In this document: positions 8,597 through 16,746 of the stretch, piece by piece
Position numbering within the stretch: position 1 is the first letter of the stretch
Layout: each line of letters begins with the position of its first letter
From: a virus
Taxonomy: Duplodnaviria > Caudoviricetes
Virus record (IMG/VR): IMGVR_UViG_3300048598_000463
Location: 1-40,474 of that record
Length of the DNA: 40,474 nucleotides
Reading direction: 5' to 3' (one strand)
Notes under the pieces: model-generated
The model's input: only the letters and a program-made list of their open reading frames with translations
The model's database searches: none
What the model was told of the DNA's origin: nothing
Translations under genes and position numbers: made by a program

Positions 8597-10742
8597 AGAA
8601 GGATTCACACCGATACCTTTTCGCATTCACCCAAGAGTGTTCGCGGCTCTGGGCGCTGACCTTGTGACCAATGACGTGGTAGCGGTGATTGAGCTCGTGA
8701 AGAACTCATACGACGCCTTTGCGCAAGACGTATGGATACGCTTTCGTGACGATCCTTCCCTGGGAGTATTTCTCGAAATTGAAGACAATGGGGGAGGCAT
8801 GACCTGGGATATTATCAAGGAGACATGGTGCCTCGTCGCGACCCCTTTCAAAGAACTGAGCCCTGTCGTAACACAAGGCGACAAGAAAAGACGGGTGGCC
8901 GGGGAGAAGGGGCTTGGCCGACTCTCGGCTGCCCGCTTGGGCAATCGCTTACATATGCTGACCCAAGCACCTGGATCTCCATGTTGGGAGGTCGAAGTCG
9001 ACTGGGCAGCCATCTCTGAAAAGGAAGACCTCTCGAAGAGCATTGTCGAGTGCAGACAGTACCCGGAAGAGTCCCCATTCAGAATATCAGGAACACGCAT
9101 CCGGATCTTCGACTTGAAAGGGCCGTGGGATGACAACCACATATCTGACCTCGAGGACAACCTCGCTCGTCTGATCACGCCGTTTTCCGATCTCGGGGAA
9201 TTCAAGATCACACTGTCTGGCTTCGATACTCATGATGTCGAAGCAGTGGCAATCGAGTCGCCGGAGTTTCTATCCAAGCCCAAATACTGTATTAAGGGAG
9301 AGGTCGATGAGGGGGGCAACGTTGAAGGCACCTATCGTTTTCTCTCGATTCCAGGCCGCAGGCATCGAACTCGCAAAGTAAGGCTCTCATGGGAACAAGT
9401 CTACGATCTCATCCAGGATAGGACCCAGTTCACGTATTCTCCCGATTCGTCACACTGCGGCTCCTTCTCCTTCGAGATTCGTGCATGGGATATTTCCGGG
9501 GATGATACGGAAGAGATAGCAGAGCACTTCAACCTTCAGAAGAGTCACGTCCGAAAAGCCATCCGTGCTCACAAGGGTATTTCCATATACCGGGACGGTA
9601 TCCTCGTGCTTCCAAAATCGGATAGTGCGAGAGATTGGCTTGGGCTCGACCTTAGACGGGTGAGCAAGGTAGGAACCCGCTTGAGCACGAGCCAGGTTGT
9701 CGGGTATGTTTCGATCTCGGCCGAGAAGAATCCGAAGATACGAGATACCAGTGATCGCGAACGGCTGGCATCATGCATAGAAGTTGCGGAATTCGAGGAG
9801 ATACTGAAGGCTGTAATTGCCCTTCTTGAAAACGAGCGGGACGAAGATCGGACCAAACCTGATCGCGAGAGGCCGGTGGATAGTCTGTTCGAGGGTTTAT
9901 CCGCGGAGAGTCTTCTCGCTGACATGGCAAATCTCTCAGAAGAAGGAGGTGACCTGGCGGAAGCTATCCCGCTGATCCGCGACTTCAGCACTTCGTTAGA
10001 CTCGGCACGTAAGACAATTGAGGAGCGGTTCGTCTACTACAGCCGCTTGGCAACTGTGGGCACGATTGCCCATATGCTCGTCCATGAAATCCGGAACCGG
10101 ACTACAGCTTTTGGCAGCTTCTTGGAGGTAGCCGAAACTCGTCTTGGACCTTTCAGACAAAATGAGGTCAGCGAGGCGTTCCGTTCTGCCGACAGTGCAG
10201 TGGATGCCTTGGAGCGCCTTGCCGACGTGTTCGCCCCACTGGCAAGTCGGAGTTTCAAACGCGGCAGGCGTCAATCTGTGCTCGAGAGACAAATCATGGA
10301 TTGCCTGGCGCTGAATCGAGGGGAAATGGAGAAGAAGCAGATCTTATCACAGATGCCATCATCCGAGACGCTCGTGGCCGTAGACCCAGGCGAGCTTGAT
10401 GCAATTCTCCTCAACCTGATATCTAATGCAATCTACTGGCTGGGCGAGGTACCGAAAGACGACAGGAAGCTCGTGTTCGATGTTGTTCCCGACCACCAGA
10501 ACCAACGTGTTCGGGTGTGGGTCCGCGACACAGGGCCAGGAATAAGCAGTGAATACGTTGAGAAAGTATTCTGGCCTGGAGTTACGAAGAAACCCGGCGG
10601 CATCGGAATGGGGCTCACTGTGGCGGCGGAGTTGGTTGCAGCCTACGGCGGCCATATGTTTGTCGAACGTCGAGGCAAGATGAAGGGTGCAACGTTTGCG
10701 TTCGATCTGCCTCTCGTAGTAAAGAGCGGAAAGGGAGCGTGA
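8571..10742 (+). CDS. MORC/MutL-like GHKL ATPase fused to a histidine kinase (HisKA + HATPase_c)
   Basis: N-terminal ELVKNSYDA, IEDNGGGM, GEKGLGRLS, GTRIRI; S5-like GISIYRDGILV; C-terminal H-box VHEIRN (H505), N-box NLISNA, G1 DTGPGI, G2 GIGMGL; no TM segments. Confidence 0.9.
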   Translation: MKKRTDKNREGFTPIPFRIHPRVFAALGADLVTNDVVAVIELVKNSYDAFAQDVWIRFRDDPSLGVFLEIEDNGGGMTWDIIKETWCLVATPFKELSPVVTQGDKKRRVAGEKGLGRLSAARLGNRLHMLTQAPGSPCWEVEVDWAAISEKEDLSKSIVECRQYPEESPFRISGTRIRIFDLKGPWDDNHISDLEDNLARLITPFSDLGEFKITLSGFDTHDVEAVAIESPEFLSKPKYCIKGEVDEGGNVEGTYRFLSIPGRRHRTRKVRLSWEQVYDLIQDRTQFTYSPDSSHCGSFSFEIRAWDISGDDTEEIAEHFNLQKSHVRKAIRAHKGISIYRDGILVLPKSDSARDWLGLDLRRVSKVGTRLSTSQVVGYVSISAEKNPKIRDTSDRERLASCIEVAEFEEILKAVIALLENERDEDRTKPDRERPVDSLFEGLSAESLLADMANLSEEGGDLAEAIPLIRDFSTSLDSARKTIEERFVYYSRLATVGTIAHMLVHEIRNRTTAFGSFLEVAETRLGPFRQNEVSEAFRSADSAVDALERLADVFAPLASRSFKRGRRQSVLERQIMDCLALNRGEMEKKQILSQMPSSETLVAVDPGELDAILLNLISNAIYWLGEVPKDDRKLVFDVVPDHQNQRVRVWVRDTGPGISSEYVEKVFWPGVTKKPGGIGMGLTVAAELVAAYGGHMFVERRGKMKGATFAFDLPLVVKSGKGA

Positions 10743-10746
10743 GCAG

Positions 10747-11892
10747 ATGCTGAGACTGTTGTTCATTGAAGATGAGCCAGAAGCGATTAGACCGGTTACT
10801 GCTCTTATCGAGAAGGAACGGCCTGATATGGCTTGTGAAGTATCTGGATTTGCGGAAGCACAACAGAAGATCGTATCGGTTCGGCCCGATGTCGTGGTAT
10901 TGGATCTCCTCGTTGGAGGAGCGTCCCCAGATCCCAAGCCAGAAGGGCTATCCATTCGCGAGTTCATCTGGAAACAGCACTTCTGTCCGATCGTGGTCTA
11001 CTCGGCGCAGCCGGACATCCATGATAACGAGTGTGATCCACATCCATTTGTAAAGAGTGTTCGCAAAGGAAAAGGTAGCCCACGCAAATTCGCGGAGGCA
11101 TTAGAAGAACTGCGTCCCCATATAGAGGCGCTGAAGGAAGCCGAATCTGATATACGGCATTCATTCTCGTGTGCTATGAGGGATGTTGCGCCCTATGCAT
11201 TCATGTCATTTACGGACGTTGCCCAGCGCAGTGACACGATCAGGCGTGCGGGCAGACGCCGACTTGCCGCGCTGATGGACGACTTCGCCACACAAGGGGA
11301 GTGTCTGGCCAGTTGGGAACAGTACCTCAGCCCTCCCATCAGCCAGAGTATCAGGTTGGGTGACATCCTCATGCATAATGCGGGCAACTCGGGGGATCCC
11401 TCTTCCTTCCGCCTTGTGCTGACCCCTTCCTGTGACATGGTGACAGCAAATGGCCGCAAGGCGAAGGTCAAGAACATTCTGCTTGCTCGCTGCATTCCTA
11501 TTGAGGAGGCACTCTCACGCATACAGTTGGAAGCGAGCAAGAAGACACTCCAAGACAAGGAGGAACTGAGCAAGTTCAAGGATCGATTGAGGAAGACCGT
11601 GCTCTCTCCAGGTTACTGTCAGACAATGATGCCCTTGCCGGCGCTTAAGGACAAGATCCCTGCAATGGCTGCAGACCTGCGTGCACTGGAGCTCATCCCG
11701 GTGGACAGTCTTCAGCCTGCGGGCGGGGAATTCTTAAGAATTGCATCTATCGATAGCCCCTTTAGGGAATTGATCTCCTGGGCCTATCTTCAGGTCGCGT
11801 GCCGACCGGGACTGCCTGATCGAGATTTCGGTCGATGGTGTGACGAGATTGTGGAGATCTTGGCCCAGAAAGGTGCCACAAAACAAAAATGA
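10747..11892 (+). CDS. Response regulator: receiver domain plus uncharacterised C-terminal effector domain
   Basis: LLFIEDE, VVVLD53LL, VVYS, VRKG receiver motifs intact; C-terminal LGDIL...LVLTPSCD...RIASIDSPF...RPGLPD domain; no HTH. Confidence 0.85.
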   Translation: MLRLLFIEDEPEAIRPVTALIEKERPDMACEVSGFAEAQQKIVSVRPDVVVLDLLVGGASPDPKPEGLSIREFIWKQHFCPIVVYSAQPDIHDNECDPHPFVKSVRKGKGSPRKFAEALEELRPHIEALKEAESDIRHSFSCAMRDVAPYAFMSFTDVAQRSDTIRRAGRRRLAALMDDFATQGECLASWEQYLSPPISQSIRLGDILMHNAGNSGDPSSFRLVLTPSCDMVTANGRKAKVKNILLARCIPIEEALSRIQLEASKKTLQDKEELSKFKDRLRKTVLSPGYCQTMMPLPALKDKIPAMAADLRALELIPVDSLQPAGGEFLRIASIDSPFRELISWAYLQVACRPGLPDRDFGRWCDEIVEILAQKGATKQK

Positions 11893-12950
11893 AGGCTTTC
11901 GATTTCTTCTGTGGAGCGGGAGGCCTCAGCCGTGGCCTGATCGATGCAGGCATGGATGTAGTTGCCGGAGTTGACTATGACGAACGGTGTCGTCTGACGT
12001 ACGAACATAACAACCCCGGAAGCCGATTCATCCACGGCGACATGAGAGATATCAGCATGAAGGACCTGGGCCTAACAATGACCCGAGGACAATATGATGA
12101 CGTACTGTTTGCAGGATGTGCTCCATGTCAACCGTTCAGTTCGCAGCAGAAGATAAGAGGGCCCAGACACGAGGCGACATTGTTGGGTGAGTTCGGCCGC
12201 GTGATCAAGTGCGCGCTGCCGGGGTATGTTCTGATCGAAAATGTTCCCGGAATTGCGCGTGTACGCGGATATAGTACGTTCCGGAGATTCCTGGAGATGC
12301 TGGCCGCGAATGGGTATCAGTATACCTATGGCGTACTTGATGCCAAGCACTACGGAGTTCCACAGAATCGGCGTCGTCTGGTTCTGCTGGCAACAAGACA
12401 GATGTGCCCGTCATTGCCAAACCGAAAATATGGTACGCGTTACCGCCCATTTAGGACTGTGCGTCAGAGCATTTCCCATTTCCCTGCTATCTCTGCAGGA
12501 GAATCCCACCCCAGCGTGCCAAACCACGTCGCCGCGTCTATCACAGACCTCAACCTTGAACGTCTCCGCCACACACCACACGATGGCGGTGATCGGCGAG
12601 CTTGGCCGGAACACCTAATGCTTGAATGTCATAAGGGTACCTACGAGGGGCATAGTGATGTATATGGCCGGATGTCGTGGGATAGTCCTGCTCCGGCTCT
12701 TACCGGCCGTTGTCACAGTATTTCCAACGGAAGATATGGACATCCTGAACAAGATAGGGCCATATCTCTACGTGAAGCGGCAGCCCTGCAGTCATTTCCA
12801 GATGGATACATCTTCTTTGGGTCCAATAAACACATCGCGATGCAGATCGGTAATGCAGTTCCGGTCAGGTTTGCGAGATCAATTGGGGAGCATATCCTCT
12901 GCCTTTGTGCCAAACAACAGCAGGGACTGACGTCTGCCATGCGTCACTGA
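11889..12950 (+). CDS. dcm: DNA (cytosine-5)-methyltransferase
   Basis: Motif I DFFCGAGG, IV APCQPFS, VI IENVPG, VIII PQNRRR, IX/X SLREAAALQSFP and QIGNAVP; ATGA overlap with the RR gene. Confidence 0.96.
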   Translation: MKAFDFFCGAGGLSRGLIDAGMDVVAGVDYDERCRLTYEHNNPGSRFIHGDMRDISMKDLGLTMTRGQYDDVLFAGCAPCQPFSSQQKIRGPRHEATLLGEFGRVIKCALPGYVLIENVPGIARVRGYSTFRRFLEMLAANGYQYTYGVLDAKHYGVPQNRRRLVLLATRQMCPSLPNRKYGTRYRPFRTVRQSISHFPAISAGESHPSVPNHVAASITDLNLERLRHTPHDGGDRRAWPEHLMLECHKGTYEGHSDVYGRMSWDSPAPALTGRCHSISNGRYGHPEQDRAISLREAAALQSFPDGYIFFGSNKHIAMQIGNAVPVRFARSIGEHILCLCAKQQQGLTSAMRH

Positions 12951-13102
12951 AAGGAGGCGGCCTACCTCAGACGTGGCACATTTACGATACGGGGTTCCAA
13001 TGGAGCAGTGTCGCCATGAAGCCGTTGCCGTATGCCCTGATGGTGTGCATGGGATAGCTTCGCAGTTCGGGGACTCCGGCGAGAGCATCATCGGGTTATG
13101 TG

Positions 13103-13131
13103 TTGCCTTAATGGAAGGACTGAGGTACAAT
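13103..13131 (+). promoter_or_regulatory. sigma70-type promoter for the structured leader and ECF sigma gene
   Basis: TTGCCT-N17-TACAAT; a GC-rich hairpin starts at the predicted +1 (about 13138). Confidence 0.55.
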
Positions 13132-13137
13132 TAGATT

Positions 13138-13440
13138 GCGGCGGGGAGAAATCTCGCCGCGTGAGACAACTTGTACACTGAGATTTCGGTCGCTCCAACT
13201 CAAACGGCTAGGTTTGTATCTGGACAGCGGCTGGAAGGCTCGGTGCTCTCTTTTTTCGGGGAGCACCGACGCTTTGTGTCCTCAGAACCGGCATCCTTGA
13301 TTCATCATCCGGCACGAAGTTCGGTCCCCCGCTTGGAGTCTGTCTGCAGAGAGCACCGTTGGCTTCCACGTTTCCAGAGGGCCCTAGCCGGCCTGAGTTG
13401 GGCGTGGTTGCGGCGGTGCTCTTTTTCGTTGCGCCGCCGG
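13138..13440 (+). ncRNA. Candidate structured cis-regulatory / antisense RNA
   Basis: Hairpin 13138-13160; long imperfect inverted repeat 13191-13251 vs 13348-13404; two CGGTGCTCT copies (13241, 13414) and two GAGCACCG copies (13261, 13351) allow mutually exclusive stems, each CGGTGCTCT followed by a T run. Confidence 0.55.
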
Positions 13441-13476
13441 TAATACGAGGCCGGACCGGGAGAGAAAGGGCGGCGT

Positions 13477-14097
13477 ATGGGACGAGTGCGGCGGAATGCG
13501 GGTCGAGCGGAGCTTGAACGGTATCAGGAGATCATCGAGGTGTACGCTCCCTACGTGCTGATTCGCTGTGCGGCGTTCACCAACAGCCGGAGGTTGTCCC
13601 AGGAGATCGGTGCCTACGTCCTGATCTGCACGTGCCTGATGTCGAGCAAGCTGGACCATTCGGGACAGATCGGAATCCTCATCGAAGTCATGCTGGAGAC
13701 AGTCGGGCCGGATGTCGCGTCTCGCGGGGAGGGCACCGGCGACGAGCCGCTGCTCGTGGATCGCCGGATGCGGACACTGGTGAGAGCTCTGAACCGGCTG
13801 GAGCGACCCCTCCGGGAGACTCTCGTACTCGTGTCCATCGGGGGCAGGGCGGTGGGGGAGCTGGCGGGACTGCTCCGGAAGCCGGCGAGCGAGATCGAGG
13901 CGAGAGTCGCCCGTGCGAAGGATGCCCTGGCGGAGGAATTGGGCGTACGTGGGGTCGCTGGCATCCAGGCCCGGCTGGCGGGACTTGCCGCGACGTTTGA
14001 TTTTGCATGGACTCTGGAGGTTGAATGTGCCGCGATGGCGTGCCTCATGAGCGAGGTCGCACCGGTGGACTGGTTGCCCTGGTACTGGCTGAACTGA
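13477..14097 (+). CDS. Divergent ECF-type RNA polymerase sigma factor
   Basis: Region 2-like YQEIIEVYAPYVLIRCAAFTNSRRLSQEI; region 4 LVRALNRLERPLRETLVLVSIGGRAVGELAGLLRKPASEIEARVARAKDAL. Confidence 0.7.
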   Translation: MGRVRRNAGRAELERYQEIIEVYAPYVLIRCAAFTNSRRLSQEIGAYVLICTCLMSSKLDHSGQIGILIEVMLETVGPDVASRGEGTGDEPLLVDRRMRTLVRALNRLERPLRETLVLVSIGGRAVGELAGLLRKPASEIEARVARAKDALAEELGVRGVAGIQARLAGLAATFDFAWTLEVECAAMACLMSEVAPVDWLPWYWLN

Positions 14098-14269
14098 AGT
14101 ACCCCCGGATCGGCCGGATGAAATAGGGACCGTCACTTCGAAGGACCAGAATGACGTTACCGAAGGTCGGAACAGGGGAGAGCGAGACCGCCGTCAGTAC
14201 GGCCCATTGTGTGCTGTTAGTTCCCGACAATCCAGATCATTGGCCCATCTCCGGACTCTGAGTAGGGTA

Positions 14270-14298
14270 TTGACGCTGCAGGCGGTCAAGGGCATAAT
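14270..14298 (+). promoter_or_regulatory. sigma70-type promoter
   Basis: TTGACG-N17-CATAAT; implies the listed GTG start at 14299 is not used. Confidence 0.65.
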
Positions 14299-14343
14299 GT
14301 GGAGAGTGTTGGTTGTCTCGGAGTTCCACGAAGGAGAGGCAGT

Positions 14344-14931
14344 ATGAAACCCGAGGTTCTGGCCGCGTTGATAGCGGCGGGCGCTGCTCTCGCAGTGGCG
14401 GTCATCAGTCTAATCAACTCTATTATCCTGAAGCGGGTGTCTGCGGAGACGTCGCGGGAGATGGCATTGATGAAGCGACATTTTGCCCGATTCGATGCTG
14501 CTCAGAAGCTGGCCGATGATGAACTGAAGCAATGTCTGGATGCGTTGGACGTGGCATGTGTCACAACGCAGGGACTCAAGGACGAGATTCAGTTGTTCAT
14601 GTCGAATCCCACCGTCCATATCCAGTCATCTGATGCCATTCAGCGTCTGGGGACTGCTGCCTTAAGTATTGGCAAGGCCTTCAAGGATGAACTCGCTCAC
14701 ATGACTGTCTGTGAGCGAAAGGTTTTTCATAGGATCAAGAATCATGCTCATCGCGTCGTGACTATGACTGAGTATCTTCAGCTTCCGGGTGTTACATTCA
14801 CCAACATGGAGACATTGCGCGCCGATCTGACAACAATACGCGATCAACTCACGGAGGCGCAAAGAAAGATGATACGGTATCGCGACGCACGTATTAGGAA
14901 GAGAACGACTCAGTTGAAGACACCGATGTGA
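14344..14931 (+). CDS. Hypothetical protein with an N-terminal TM helix and helical body
   Basis: AAGGAGAGG RBS before ATG 14344; hydrophobic VLAALIAAGAALAVAVISLINSIIL. Confidence 0.7.
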   Translation: MKPEVLAALIAAGAALAVAVISLINSIILKRVSAETSREMALMKRHFARFDAAQKLADDELKQCLDALDVACVTTQGLKDEIQLFMSNPTVHIQSSDAIQRLGTAALSIGKAFKDELAHMTVCERKVFHRIKNHAHRVVTMTEYLQLPGVTFTNMETLRADLTTIRDQLTEAQRKMIRYRDARIRKRTTQLKTPM

Positions 14932-14943
14932 AGGAACTTCACA

Positions 14944-15465
14944 ATGTCAATCGAGATTCTGTGGGTGGAAGACGACTGTCGGTTACACGACATGTACACC
15001 GCAATCTTCCTAGAGAACGATATCACGATCCGGTGGGCCACGTCCGTTGCTGGTGCCATCCAGGCCCTTAGACAGAGTAGTTTTGACGTCTTGGTGTCGG
15101 ACCTCTGCCTTCCGCGTGGTGATCTCAGTAGGCTTAATGTGCCCGGAGGTGAAGAGTTTGAGCGATGCAGTGGTGGAAGAGCACTCGTCAGACTAATCAG
15201 GAAAGGATGGGTGTCCACTGACTCCCATGTCCGGGACATACATATACTAATTGTAACCGCAGCACTCGGAGAGTGCGATTGGAGCGTCGTGGAGTCTCTC
15301 ATTGACGATGGTGTCGATGATATGGAGGGGAAGCCATGTGCGACAGAGGTATTACTTGGTCGCATCAAGACGTTTGTACGGTTGCGTGAGTTGACTAGGA
15401 GACTTGCAGCGACTATATCCGAATTGGAGCGTCTGGACACTTTGGAGAGGTCTGATGTGCGATGA
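14944..15465 (+). CDS. Stand-alone response regulator receiver protein
   Basis: ILWVEDD, VLVSDLCLP, LIVTA, GKP receiver motifs; short C-terminal coiled coil; AAGGA RBS. Confidence 0.85.
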   Translation: MSIEILWVEDDCRLHDMYTAIFLENDITIRWATSVAGAIQALRQSSFDVLVSDLCLPRGDLSRLNVPGGEEFERCSGGRALVRLIRKGWVSTDSHVRDIHILIVTAALGECDWSVVESLIDDGVDDMEGKPCATEVLLGRIKTFVRLRELTRRLAATISELERLDTLERSDVR

Positions 15466-15466
15466 T

Positions 15467-15650
15467 ATGGATACCCGTGATCTCCAACACATCGCCGACT
15501 TCCTCTCCGATGTCCACGAGGGCATCTGAGAGGGAGATAATGCCGTCGCCATGCAGCAGCAGTTGCCCGAAGGTTCTGCTGGCAGGTCTTGAGTACCGGG
15601 AGAGGCAGTACAAGTAGACCCTTGAGGAGCGGTTGAGGGTGAGGAACTGA
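15467..15650 (+). pseudogene. Degraded ~60-aa gene
   Basis: MDTRDLQHIADFLSDVHEGI*EGDNAVAMQQQL / 4-nt insertion / [25 protein letters not shown]; the 3' half matches the open copy at 16639-16734. Confidence 0.6.
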
Positions 15651-15652
15651 AG
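15569..15652 (+). repeat. Direct repeat, copy 1 (84 bp)
   Basis: 69/84 identical, ungapped, to 16653-16736 by manual alignment. Confidence 0.9.
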
Positions 15653-15699
15653 ATCCGCGAGTGAGGTCGCGTGTGTTGATTTCTGTCCTGGAGGTTGCG

Positions 15700-16635
15700 A
15701 TGAATGCAGAGCGGCGGATACAGGGAACGGTCAAGTGGTTTAACGACATCAAGGGGTTCGGTTTTATTGCCCCTGCGGATGGAGGCGAGGACCTGTTTGT
15801 TCATCATTCTGAAATCCGCAAGAGAGGTGACGCTCCTCCTACGCTGTCGGAGGGTCAACGAGTTGAATTCGTGATGAAGCAAGGCCGCAAAGGCGCTGTG
15901 GCAGGGGATGTTGTGGGTCTTCCGGTCGAACAAGAGGAGACTTCAACCGATGGGGGGGAGTGTATAGGAATTGCGGAGTTTGGCGGCAAGCTCCGACTCA
16001 TCACCCTGTCCAAAGACGGCACTTATCAGTTCATTGATGAATCGAGTAGGCTACACAATATACTGTACATTGTTACGTCTGAGACACGATTGACCAGAAT
16101 GGCGATAGAGGAACTGGAAGATTTGATGAATGACCCACACGCAAAGGAGCGGGAGTTTCAGGAGTTTTTCGAAAGGAATCCCAATTTGATTTTGAATGAT
16201 GAATACCGCTGCGCTCACCCCCAGGTTGTGCTGGACGGAGGAGAGCGTTCTTTGATCCCCGACTTTCTGTTGGAACCGCTGGACCACAACGGGTTATGTG
16301 ACATCCTCGACTTGAAACTCCCATCGGCGAAGTTGTTTGTGCTGAAGAAAAGCAGAATGAGGTATTCTGCAGCAGTGATGGAAGCATGTGCTCAGTTGCG
16401 GGAATACTGCGCCTATTTTGATGAAGAGAAGAACCGCGAGCGAGTCAAACACACATATGGGCTATCGGCATATCGGCCCAAGATGATTGTGGTTATAGGT
16501 CGGCGTAGCAATATCGACCCAATGATGGCTCGAAGGATTGAGGACGACGTTCCAAAGTTGATCTTGCGAAGCTACGATGCGATACTCGATAGAGCCAAGA
16601 CGAGGCTCGGAGAAAAGGACGGAGCCACATCCTGA
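15700..16635 (+). CDS. Cold-shock domain fused to a Shedu-like (DUF4263) PD-(D/E)XK nuclease
   Basis: CSD: [34 protein letters not shown]; nuclease: [48 protein letters not shown]; GGAGG RBS before ATG 15700. Confidence 0.85.
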   Translation: MNAERRIQGTVKWFNDIKGFGFIAPADGGEDLFVHHSEIRKRGDAPPTLSEGQRVEFVMKQGRKGAVAGDVVGLPVEQEETSTDGGECIGIAEFGGKLRLITLSKDGTYQFIDESSRLHNILYIVTSETRLTRMAIEELEDLMNDPHAKEREFQEFFERNPNLILNDEYRCAHPQVVLDGGERSLIPDFLLEPLDHNGLCDILDLKLPSAKLFVLKKSRMRYSAAVMEACAQLREYCAYFDEEKNRERVKHTYGLSAYRPKMIVVIGRRSNIDPMMARRIEDDVPKLILRSYDAILDRAKTRLGEKDGATS

Positions 16636-16652
16636 TGGATGGATCAGAACTT

Positions 16653-16736
16653 GAAGGTCCTGCTGGCAGGCCTGGAACTGCGAGCGAGGCAGTACAAGCA
16701 GACTTTTGAGGAACGGTTGGTGGTGAGGAACTGAAG
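16653..16736 (+). repeat. Direct repeat, copy 2 (84 bp), within a 31-aa ORF at 16639-16734
   Basis: Encodes MDQNLKVLLAGLELRARQYKQTFEERLVVRN; partner of 15569-15652. Confidence 0.9.
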
Positions 16737-16746
16737 GAGACACAGC

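Noticed and set aside
13171-13443. 90-aa ORF in the structured leader
   Set aside because: TTG start, no RBS, no recognisable features; the region is better explained as structured RNA, though a leader peptide is not excluded
15569-16736. Direct repeats as a CRISPR array or integron attC sites
   Set aside because: Only two copies, 84 bp long, about 1 kb apart, not palindromic, and diverging in a codon-like pattern; no cas or intI gene
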